Shown here: piece by piece, positions 34,747 through 41,934 of the stretch
How the letters are laid out: each line of letters begins with the position of its first letter
Position numbering within the stretch: position 1 is the first letter of the stretch
IMG/VR virus record: IMGVR_UViG_3300043429_000229
Span: 1 to 41,934 of that record
Length of the DNA: 41,934 nucleotides
Origin: a virus
Lineage: Duplodnaviria > Caudoviricetes
Strand: one strand, 5' to 3'
Made by a program: the position numbers and the translations under genes
The notes under the pieces: model-generated
Seen by the model: the letters and a program-made list of their open reading frames with translations, nothing else
Told to the model about the DNA's origin: nothing
Database searches by the model: none

Positions 34747-35230
34747 TTCCGTGGGCGTAGTCCTGCAGCCCCATCACTTGATTGCGGTACTCGTCAGCTC
34801 TTTCCGCCAGTCCTCGATATGCCTTTGCGCACCTTCCAAGTAGCTCTCTTGCGGCACGGGCTTCATTAGCGAAGGCGGTGGCAGCGGGATCTGCGGGGCT
34901 TGGACGGGCATTAAGTCGGTCGATCTGGTCGCGCAGGCTGTCAGCAGCAAGGGCAGCATCAGCAGCGCGCTTGGCCAGCTCGGTTTGTTTTTCGATGGCA
35001 TCTTTGGCGACCCTCTCATTCTGTTTTTGCCAGGCGCGTTCGGTAGCGCGTGCGGCTGCTTCGGCCTTGGCGGTGTTCTCTGCGACTTCCATGCGATACG
35101 TGGCCAGCTCGGCCTTGGCCCATGACAGCCGAACCGTCTGCATGCCCAGCGCGCCAGTCAGCACGGCAATGGCCGCCAGTGGCAGCCATGGTGGAATGAA
35201 GCCGGTCAGGATCGACAGCAGCCTGCCCAT
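34733..35230 (-). CDS. Rz: Inner-membrane spanin (Rz-like)
   Basis: N-terminal TM, Ala-rich coiled coil and a Cys near the C-terminus; TGATG overlap with the endolysin. Confidence 0.85.
   Translation of the reverse strand: MGRLLSILTGFIPPWLPLAAIAVLTGALGMQTVRLSWAKAELATYRMEVAENTAKAEAAARATERAWQKQNERVAKDAIEKQTELAKRAADAALAADSLRDQIDRLNARPSPADPAATAFANEARAARELLGRCAKAYRGLAERADEYRNQVMGLQDYAHGITGE
34774..35001 (-). CDS. Rz1: Outer-membrane lipoprotein spanin (Rz1-like), embedded in Rz in another frame
   Basis: Lipobox LLLTAC followed by a Pro-rich segment (PQIPLPPP). Confidence 0.85.
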   Translation of the reverse strand: MPSKNKPSWPSALLMLPLLLTACATRSTDLMPVQAPQIPLPPPSLMKPVPQESYLEGAQRHIEDWRKELTSTAIK

Positions 35231-35958
35231 CACACCTTGCCCTTGTATTTCGGCATCCTGGTGTGCAGGACGTCTTCCACGTGGTGTCGGTTGATGTCGC
35301 AGGCGCTTCGGCCGGCGTACAGCGGTTTGGTTGATTTCAGGCATACTTTTTCGACGTGGCCGAACCACTTGTTGGGGTCGCATCCTTCACGCAGGCCGCA
35401 GGCTCTGCGCTCATTCAGCACGCCACCCAGGCCGCCGTTGTAGGCCGCATCCGTCATGGCCAGCTTGCCCTCTGGATCTGGCACCAGCTTGTCCAGGCGG
35501 TTCCAGCTGGCGCGCGTCATCAGGATCAGAACGCGCATCTGCAGATCCGGCCGGCTGTAGACCGTGTCCCAGCGCAGGTCGTTCAGCCCCTTGGCGTCCA
35601 GACGCTTGGCATCTTCCAGCGCGTCGAAACGGGTCGAACCGTCTGCCTTGAACGCACGGGTCAGCTGGCCAAGGCCGGCGCCTTCCTCGCGGTCTGACTT
35701 CAGGCGCGACTTGGGGTTCCAGCACTTGCTATGCGTCAGGCTGATGCAGCTTTCATGCTCGATCAGGGCGCCGAAGTAGTTGGGAAATTGGAACGATGGC
35801 CAGACGTCGTTCACCTGGGCTTTCAGCGTCGGCAGATATTCCACCGCCTGTTCTGGAATGTAGGTTTTGACGTCCGGTGGTGGTGCGCGCTTGGTAGGCG
35901 CTGCGCTGGCAGCCGCCACCATGCTGAATGCGCACAGGATGGCCGCCAGGCGCTTCAC
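35230..35958 (-). CDS. Endolysin, lytic transglycosylase (SLT-like) with signal peptide
   Basis: GTG start MKRLAAILCAFSMVAAASA; IEHES catalytic Glu, GLGQ and AAYNGG motifs. Confidence 0.85.
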   Translation of the reverse strand: MKRLAAILCAFSMVAAASAAPTKRAPPPDVKTYIPEQAVEYLPTLKAQVNDVWPSFQFPNYFGALIEHESCISLTHSKCWNPKSRLKSDREEGAGLGQLTRAFKADGSTRFDALEDAKRLDAKGLNDLRWDTVYSRPDLQMRVLILMTRASWNRLDKLVPDPEGKLAMTDAAYNGGLGGVLNERRACGLREGCDPNKWFGHVEKVCLKSTKPLYAGRSACDINRHHVEDVLHTRMPKYKGKV

Positions 35959-36284
35959 TTTTGCACCTGTGCGAAGAACAGCAGCAAGCCGATCAGCACG
36001 AAGCCGCGCAGCAAACAAACGCCAAGGTAGGCGATGCCGGCCGCGTAGTTGCCCATGATGGACTGTTCGTACAGATCTTCGCTCGATGCGTTGCCCAGCA
36101 TGGCCTTGCCGATGCCGTATGCCACGCCGGTGACCAGCAGCGCCTGTGCCCACAGCTGGACGCGCAGGATGGTGTCAGCGAAATTGGGCGACGGGTCGGT
36201 GTAGATGAACCAGCCCAAGATCAGCAAGGGGACGATGGCGAACTGCGACGTGCGCGAATTGATGGCTGCAATGATTTGTTTCAT
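35955..36284 (-). CDS. Putative holin (3 TM)
   Basis: Three hydrophobic segments; directly upstream of the endolysin with a GTGA overlap. Confidence 0.7.
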   Translation of the reverse strand: MKQIIAAINSRTSQFAIVPLLILGWFIYTDPSPNFADTILRVQLWAQALLVTGVAYGIGKAMLGNASSEDLYEQSIMGNYAAGIAYLGVCLLRGFVLIGLLLFFAQVQK

Positions 36285-36288
36285 GGGG

Positions 36289-36774
36289 TCATACTCCAAA
36301 TTGGCCGAAGGCGAAAAGAACGGCACCAAGTGAACCGACGCCCACCGATGCCCAGAACAGCGGCATGGTGACCGCCAAGATCGCTGCTGTGGACAGCACG
36401 ATTCCGATTTGCAGGGCGCTGCCTGCGTAAGTGAAAAACACCGAACGGGCCTTGGCTGCGTCGCGCTCTGCTTCCAGGTTGCGCGCCTTGGCTTCCAGCT
36501 CGACCATGTCGGCCTTCATGCGCTTGGCTTCGGCTGTGTAGTGTTCTGCGACCGCCTTGGTGGGCGCTGTGTCAGCGGTGGTGGCGTAAACCACCGACCG
36601 CACGTTCTTGGCCTGATACCAGGCCCACACGTTGTTGGCCGCGATGGTGTTGGTTAGAACGCGGCCGCTGTTGCTGCCGCCGATCATGGTGTTGATGGCC
36701 AGCAGCGCAGCGAACGTCGTGATGACGATGGCGGCGCGTTTCTTGATGATGATTTCCAGTTCACTTCGTGTCAT
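36289..36774 (-). CDS. DUF4337-like membrane protein
   Basis: AALLAI..ANNVWAWYQAKNVR..EAERD..LQIGIVLSTAAI pattern; about three TMs. Confidence 0.75.
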   Translation of the reverse strand: MTRSELEIIIKKRAAIVITTFAALLAINTMIGGSNSGRVLTNTIAANNVWAWYQAKNVRSVVYATTADTAPTKAVAEHYTAEAKRMKADMVELEAKARNLEAERDAAKARSVFFTYAGSALQIGIVLSTAAILAVTMPLFWASVGVGSLGAVLFAFGQFGV

Positions 36775-36961
36775 CGGGGTCTTTCAGTTTTTGTTCCAGT
36801 TTGGATATTTTACGGTTTTGCTGCTCGATGACCGCGTCCTGCTTGGCCAGTGTCTTTTTGGTGTCTTTCCAGATCAGGAACGCCAGCGGCAAACCGAACC
36901 ACAGCGCCAGCGACAGAAATATCACGACGACCCGAAACCAAGCGGTGTCAGATCTTGCCAT
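36761..36961 (-). CDS. 66-aa TM plus coiled-coil protein
   Basis: MARSDTAWFRVVVIFLSLALWFGLPLAFLIWK followed by heptads. Confidence 0.65.
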   Translation of the reverse strand: MARSDTAWFRVVVIFLSLALWFGLPLAFLIWKDTKKTLAKQDAVIEQQNRKISKLEQKLKDPDDTK

Positions 36962-37662
36962 CCTGACGACCACATCAGCGCCCACGCCCAGGCTGTCAGA
37001 CCCGCCACGACCACCAGCGCCACTAAGCGGTCGATTAGAAAAATTTTGGTTTGGTCTTGTAGCCATGCGTCGTTCTGCCGTTTGATGCGTTCGCGTTCCT
37101 TGCGTGCCTGCTGTTCCTCTTGAACTTGGCCGTAGATCTGGTTGAAATTGTCCCACAAAGGGCCAAGCTGTTTTGGCGCACGCACTCGCATCATTTCGCT
37201 GAGTTTCATGTATGCGCCGTCCAGCTCGTTCTTGATCTGCGACAGCTCCAAAATGTCACGCGGATCTGGCCGGTCCATCGCGTAAACCTCGGCGTATCGC
37301 TTTTCGCAATACTCAGACAGGGCGCGGTGCTGGCTGAAGAAATTGCCCACGTGCTGCACGAACTGGGTCACCATTTCGTCCTCTGTCGGGATGTGGGTGG
37401 TGTATTCTTCTTTGGGTTTTTTGCCTGGCTTGGCTGGTTCAGATGCTGGTGTCGGCGTTGTGGTTGCCGGTGCTGGTTTGGATCCGAACAGACTTCGAAT
37501 GATGCCCCAGATCCCTTTGACGTCCTTGGCAATCTGCTGGGCTTGCTCTGCTGCTTTCTTTACTTTTTGAACCGCAGCGGTCCCTTCGTTTAGGCAGTCG
37601 CAGCAGTATTGAATCCCGCTGTAGGCGGCACGTAATGCAGCCAGGGCGGTGAATGGGTCCAC
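36922..37662 (-). CDS. 246-aa hypothetical protein with C-terminal TM
   Basis: MDPFT start, helical body, LVALVVVAGLTAWAWALMW. Confidence 0.8.
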   Translation of the reverse strand: MDPFTALAALRAAYSGIQYCCDCLNEGTAAVQKVKKAAEQAQQIAKDVKGIWGIIRSLFGSKPAPATTTPTPASEPAKPGKKPKEEYTTHIPTEDEMVTQFVQHVGNFFSQHRALSEYCEKRYAEVYAMDRPDPRDILELSQIKNELDGAYMKLSEMMRVRAPKQLGPLWDNFNQIYGQVQEEQQARKERERIKRQNDAWLQDQTKIFLIDRLVALVVVAGLTAWAWALMWSSGWQDLTPLGFGSS

Positions 37663-37663
37663 G

Positions 37664-37906
37664 TCAGTTCAACTGGTGGAACCAAGCGGCCAGCTTTGAG
37701 AATGTCGCGCCGACTGCAGCTGCAATGCCACCCACCAGCATAAGCGTCTTCCATCCACCCTTGGCCTCGGACAACGTGGCGCTGATCTTCGACAGCGTTT
37801 CGTTCATTTTCTGCATGTCCACGTGAAGCTGCTTCACCTGCTCTTGCAGCGCTTCAATTTGTGCATCGTGGCGGCCAAGGTCGTGGTGAATGTTCGGGGT
37901 TTCCAT
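37664..37906 (-). CDS. Holin/XhlA-like coiled-coil TM protein (copy B)
   Basis: Protein identical to 396..638. Confidence 0.7.
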   Translation of the reverse strand: METPNIHHDLGRHDAQIEALQEQVKQLHVDMQKMNETLSKISATLSEAKGGWKTLMLVGGIAAAVGATFSKLAAWFHQLN

Positions 37907-37989
37907 GATGTCGCTGTGTGTGGAATTGGCAGCATTTTACACGGCAGTTTTGACTGACCGCCATGTGAATGCCGTGTCTTTTGGTGATG

Positions 37990-38676
37990 TTATTCGTACA
38001 GAATGTTGACAGACCCAGCGTCGAACGCATCGGTGCCGCCGATGGTGGTGACGCGGATGCGGTCCAGCGTTGCCGACAGCGCTTTCGATCCACTCAGGAA
38101 ATAAGTGTTCGCGCTGCCGGTGCGTGTGCTGTTGCCCATCGCCACCCAGGTGTTTGTTGCCGCGTCCAACAGCGACAGCTGCAGAATGCCAGTCATCTGG
38201 TCGCCGGCGCCAACGCCGCGGGCGACAGGGAAACCGGTGGTTTCTGAAAGTCGGCCACCAGAATCAGACGCCGTGGCGCTGTAGCCTGTGGCCTCGATGC
38301 CACCTGAATCGCCCAGCTGAATGATCGGTGAGTTTGTGCCGTTGGTGCTGACACCGTTGAACATGACGGTGATGCGCTTGACCCATGACGGAATGTCGGT
38401 GAAGTCTTTGGACGTGCCAGACGTGGTGGCCTGAACTGCTGCGCTGGTCAGCTGACGGATCGCCAGTGCGTCGGTCAATGTCACCCACGCGCTGTTGGCC
38501 GCGTTGCGCTGCTTCAAGACGCCGGCAGTCGTGTCCTGCCAGAGCATGTAGGCGAACGGTGCAGCTGGTTCGGTCAGGCCGCTGTTCAGGCTGACGACGG
38601 CCGCCAGTGCGTTGTTGATGTCAGCGCGAAAGCTGGCGCCGTCTTGGTTCTCGATGACGTAGTCGTGTTGGCTCAT
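37990..38676 (-). CDS. Second tail fibre-like protein (allele B)
   Basis: 228 aa; 7 substitutions relative to 722..1408. Confidence 0.8.
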   Translation of the reverse strand: MSQHDYVIENQDGASFRADINNALAAVVSLNSGLTEPAAPFAYMLWQDTTAGVLKQRNAANSAWVTLTDALAIRQLTSAAVQATTSGTSKDFTDIPSWVKRITVMFNGVSTNGTNSPIIQLGDSGGIEATGYSATASDSGGRLSETTGFPVARGVGAGDQMTGILQLSLLDAATNTWVAMGNSTRTGSANTYFLSGSKALSATLDRIRVTTIGGTDAFDAGSVNILYE

Positions 38677-38846
38677 ACATCGGCAGGCTCGTCAGCCGGT
38701 TCTGGTGTGTTGCCTTCTTCCAGCCATTTCAAATAGGCTTGGTCCGTAACAAGACATGATTCTTGGCGACCATCAGGCCACTCACGCCAAACTGTGTCCT
38801 GCTGCGTGATTGGGTTTTTTACTAGTTTCCAATTTGGTGTTGTCAT
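38673..38846 (-). CDS. 57-aa tail fibre assembly chaperone-like protein (not in the ORF track; allele B only)
   Basis: MTTPNWKL..DQAYLKWLEEGNTPEPADEPADV; the Y..WL.EGNTP motif is typical of small genes following fibres; ATGA overlaps on both sides. Confidence 0.75.
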   Translation of the reverse strand: MTTPNWKLVKNPITQQDTVWREWPDGRQESCLVTDQAYLKWLEEGNTPEPADEPADV

Positions 38847-40114
38847 AGTTCACATCCAGTAAGAAGAATCTGAGCGCCAGATCCTACACTTAGTAGGAAT
38901 ACAGCTTGGCCCGTAGTGGCACTAATGCCGTTGATGACCATCTGGTACATATTTGCCGAACTCTGAGAGCCTATTTGAATAGATGTAGGAGTTGAGCTTG
39001 AATTGCTGCCATTCCTGAAAACAAAGTTCGACATTGCATTAGTAGAAATCCCTGTTGGCGGAACGCGAGGGGTGACAGGCAGCGGGAAATTGACAAGTGC
39101 CTGACCAGCAGAGATCGCCGACCCCCATCCCAGCAGTTCATATGTTGATGTGGTGTTGATTGCTGGCAAATACCGCTGACACAAAGCCAACTCAGTACCA
39201 TACGGGCGCCAGTCCCAAGCCGGTGCGCTAGTGAACGTACCTTTTCGAAGGTCAAAACCAACCACCTGCAAAGTTGCGCCGGATGTGGCGACAAGTTGCA
39301 CAGAACCTGATGCACAGCGCTTATCAGCGCCGACCCAAGCGCCAGCAGTTCCTTGCTGGTTAGAACCGCCGCCAAGGTCCATCCAGACATAACAGCCGAC
39401 CGAATTCGTCTTGTTCCAAGTGCCGCTTGTGTCACCTGAAATATTGATGACCTTTTGTTCCCACGTGTTCGCTGAGTTGATCGTGAACGTAAATGGATAT
39501 GAACGACCGACGCCATTGTTGGCAATTGCGCCGCTGAACTGACCTGTCAGTGAACTCTTTACCCAAAAGGACAGTGTGACAGCAGCTGCGCCTGCAGCGC
39601 CCCATCCAAAGTCTGCAACGTTATAACCTTCAATCGCTTGGTAAAAGTAGTTGCCGTGCGTTGAAGATGGGGAACCACCAGTTCCAATCGTCACCTTTAG
39701 GCTGTTATTGAAGCCAGCCGGTGCGTCCGATACTTGCTGAACCGTATGACCAGAACCGGTTGCCGCAAAAATCGCATAACGATCTAAACAATATTTTTCG
39801 GCGGCGTTGGAAATCGCCAAACTAGCACCAAGGTTGCGCTGGTCAATCTCCATGCGTCCGTTGATGATGCGGTTGACCATGCCCAAGCCATTGCCACCAG
39901 ACACGCCAGTGATGGCATCCACCCACGCCGTGTCGGCAGCGTTTCGCATCTTCAGCACGCCGGTCGTGGTGTCATACCAGAACATGAACGGCTTGGTAGT
40001 CGTGGGTGCAGTCGCACCGCTGTTCTGCGACAGGATCGCCAGCAGGGCGTTGTTGATGTCAGCGCGTACAGCGGCACCGCCGCCGTTCGCAATGTTGTAG
40101 TCGTGTTGGCTCAT
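38843..40114 (-). CDS. Tail fibre with carbohydrate-binding-like domain (allele B)
   Basis: Same N-terminal ~64 aa as 1405..2418, then NRIING..IDQR, TLSFWVKS and ELALCQRY; no S74 domain. Confidence 0.88.
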   Translation of the reverse strand: MSQHDYNIANGGGAAVRADINNALLAILSQNSGATAPTTTKPFMFWYDTTTGVLKMRNAADTAWVDAITGVSGGNGLGMVNRIINGRMEIDQRNLGASLAISNAAEKYCLDRYAIFAATGSGHTVQQVSDAPAGFNNSLKVTIGTGGSPSSTHGNYFYQAIEGYNVADFGWGAAGAAAVTLSFWVKSSLTGQFSGAIANNGVGRSYPFTFTINSANTWEQKVINISGDTSGTWNKTNSVGCYVWMDLGGGSNQQGTAGAWVGADKRCASGSVQLVATSGATLQVVGFDLRKGTFTSAPAWDWRPYGTELALCQRYLPAINTTSTYELLGWGSAISAGQALVNFPLPVTPRVPPTGISTNAMSNFVFRNGSNSSSTPTSIQIGSQSSANMYQMVINGISATTGQAVFLLSVGSGAQILLTGCEL

Positions 40115-40123
40115 TCTTGGTCC

Positions 40124-41934
40124 TTAATTCCTGTAACCGTAACCTTTGGCGATCCAGTCCATGGTGCGGGCCACGCCGGTCCCTGCGCTATTCTTGAACT
40201 GAATTGTAAACCCTGCGGCAGTTTTCGCGGTAATTTGCGCGTAATCTCCCGTCGCCATATTCTCTGCCGTGATGGCCGTGGCTGGCACGTCGAAGAACGC
40301 GTTTGCAAACGTGACCGACAAACCACCGGCCGGCACCGACACGTTGTTCGCGCTCTCGACGCGATCTGGCACGTCGACGGTCACGCCCAGCGTGGCCAGT
40401 GCCACCTGGTTGTTGGTGTCTTCGCCCCTAATCAGCTTGACCTTGAATTTGAACGCGCGCGCCGTGTAGTCGCCCACGTAGAACACGCGCCAGGCTGACC
40501 ATGTTGGCGAATCCGCTGGGTTGTCGTTGGTGGTGCTGATGAACACCTGCAGCGATGAATCGTCGGTGGTGTTGGGCAGGTCGAAGTTGACGATGCCGTC
40601 CCAGTCCGTCCACGTGTCCACGTAGTCCGTGGCCAGCGCGCCGTCATCGACCAAACCCAAGCTGTCGATCAGCGGCCATTCGTCCACCATGTTGGTGATG
40701 TTGTAGGACAGCACGCTGAAGGTGGCCGACACTCGGCTGGTGTAGACGGCGCCGGTGTCGATGTAGGTATCGAATTCGTATTCACCGGAATCGACCAGTC
40801 CGCCTTCTAGGTTGGTGTAGGCATCCCAGTCGGTGATGTCGTCCATGTATTCCGCCTGGTCCAGCACAAGACGATCATTCACCAACACCAGGTCGGTCTT
40901 GGTGCCGGCGAATGCTGGGTCTTGCGTGGCCGATGCCACGGCGTTGAACTGCACGATGTTGGGCGCGTCGGTGACCACCAGCGCAGCGTTCTGGCTGTAC
41001 TGGCCAGAACTGTCCTTGGCCTTGGCCAGATATGTGCCTGCACGCAGCGGCACATTGGCGCTGGTCGATGAACCAGGGAAGTCACCGACCGGCAGCGACG
41101 TGTTCCACTGCGCGCCGTCCAGTTCCTCGCTGTAGCGCACCGAAATCTGGCCACCGATGCGAACGTCCAGATCTGCGTGGCTGTCCCACTGCAGGATGCC
41201 GGTGTCGGCCTGCACGGTCATCTGCAAGTTTGCGACGTCCGCTGGTCGTGCTGTCTTGCCAAGCACTGACGCTGTGAACGTGTAGGGCTGCGATTTGACG
41301 CCCGGCGCTGTGACGGCGCGGACGGTGACTTCGTAGTCGCCATTGGCCGCGTTCAGCAGCTCGAACGAAGGGCTGGGCGTCGTTACCTCGACAGCGTTGT
41401 CGCTGTTGATGCGGTAGCTCACCAGGTAGGATGCGGCGCGCTCTGACTGCGACCATGTCATGGTGACGCCCACACGAACGTCGGTCAGGGTTGCGTACAG
41501 ATATTCACTCAGCGCGCCAGTGGTGGGTGTGGCCGGCGGCTCGTTCAGCAGCGTGATGTCACGTGGCTGCAGCACCAGGCCGTTTTCCACGGCGTCGTAC
41601 TTGTCGGGGTCGTGCTTCAGCGCGGTGATCTCGATGACGCCGTTTTCCTGCTCGGACATGGACAGCACGCGGAACGTCTGCGCTTCGACGTTGCTGGCCG
41701 ACATGATCCACTGGGCACCGGCTTGCGGTGCGGCAGACAGGGCAGACGCCAGGCTGACGACTGCACCGACGGCGCCGGTGACGGCACGGGTTTCGACTGT
41801 GCCGTCTGGCAGCATGACGTAGATCGTCCAGCTGGATGCGCCCAAGCTGACGGCTGCGTCCAGCGTCACCGCGGTGGTGGTTGCGCTGTGAACGCGGCCG
41901 CCAAGGCGTGCGCCGGCGCGTGATGCGTCCGACA
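40124..41934 (-). CDS. J: 3' part of gpJ (allele B; 5' end beyond the window)
   Basis: 13 substitutions over the 581 aa in the ORF track relative to 2428..5625. Confidence 0.9.
   Translation of the reverse strand, partial: SDASRAGARLGGRVHSATTTAVTLDAAVSLGASSWTIYVMLPDGTVETRAVTGAVGAVVSLASALSAAPQAGAQWIMSASNVEAQTFRVLSMSEQENGVIEITALKHDPDKYDAVENGLVLQPRDITLLNEPPATPTTGALSEYLYATLTDVRVGVTMTWSQSERAASYLVSYRINSDNAVEVTTPSPSFELLNAANGDYEVTVRAVTAPGVKSQPYTFTASVLGKTARPADVANLQMTVQADTGILQWDSHADLDVRIGGQISVRYSEELDGAQWNTSLPVGDFPGSSTSANVPLRAGTYLAKAKDSSGQYSQNAALVVTDAPNIVQFNAVASATQDPAFAGTKTDLVLVNDRLVLDQAEYMDDITDWDAYTNLEGGLVDSGEYEFDTYIDTGAVYTSRVSATFSVLSYNITNMVDEWPLIDSLGLVDDGALATDYVDTWTDWDGIVNFDLPNTTDDSSLQVFISTTNDNPADSPTWSAWRVFYVGDYTARAFKFKVKLIRGEDTNNQVALATLGVTVDVPDRVESANNVSVPAGGLSVTFANAFFDVPATAITAENMATGDYAQITAKTAAGFTIQFKNSAGTGVARTMDWIAKGYGYRN

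Larger units (their letters stand above)
1..37268. mobile_element. Complete lambda-like temperate siphophage genome, one unit length (allele A; the allele B unit is 4239..41934, 37,696 bp)
   Basis: Full set of head, tail, lysis, replication, integrase and attP modules; position 1 recurs at 37269 (offset 37268). Confidence 0.93.
37269..41934. repeat. Copy B of the imperfect direct repeat
   Basis: Homologous to 1..4238 except 38686..39922. Confidence 0.97.

Noticed and set aside
35959-36153. ORF-track N-terminal extensions of the endolysin (also Rz, TraR, helicase, ssb)
   Set aside because: They overlap upstream genes; downstream starts with stop/start overlaps or an RBS fit better.
37269-41934. 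Biological terminal redundancy or long terminal repeat
   Set aside because: A gpA-type terminase and a cos-like site at about 20.4 kb imply cohesive ends; the copies are diverged and end in exact 127-bp overlaps typical of assembly.

Overview
The window is essentially one complete lambda-like temperate siphophage genome of about 60% GC, probably infecting a proteobacterium (host is an inference). It is read through its circular junction, so 1..4238 recurs as 37269..41934. Modules: head and tail genes on the minus strand (terS, terL, portal, protease-capsid fusion, tube, G/GT frameshift, tape measure, M-L-K-I-J, two fibre genes); a cos-like site; primase-VirE replication with a putative origin; a leftward early/middle operon; a rightward RecE-like/Rap1a/Sak4/xis operon; attP containing the 3' half of tRNA-Lys(UUU); a tyrosine integrase; TraR/DksA; and an expanded lysis cassette. 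The two copies of the repeated region differ. They are exactly identical for only 127 bp at each contig end, carry scattered substitutions in between, and contain unrelated receptor-binding cassettes (an S74 self-chaperoned fibre versus a carbohydrate-binding-type fibre plus a separate 57-aa chaperone-like gene). The best reading is two co-existing genotypes (37,268 and 37,696 bp) sharing one backbone, joined by a k=127 assembler. A second notable signal is a 16-aa acidic/aromatic motif present three times in the gpJ C-terminus and once at the N-terminus of a gene in the head cluster. Together with a shared 'MSQHDY' N-terminal module on all fibre genes, this suggests a modular fibre-docking system. 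No CI-type repressor is recognisable. All family assignments come from recognising sequence motifs by eye, not from database searches.
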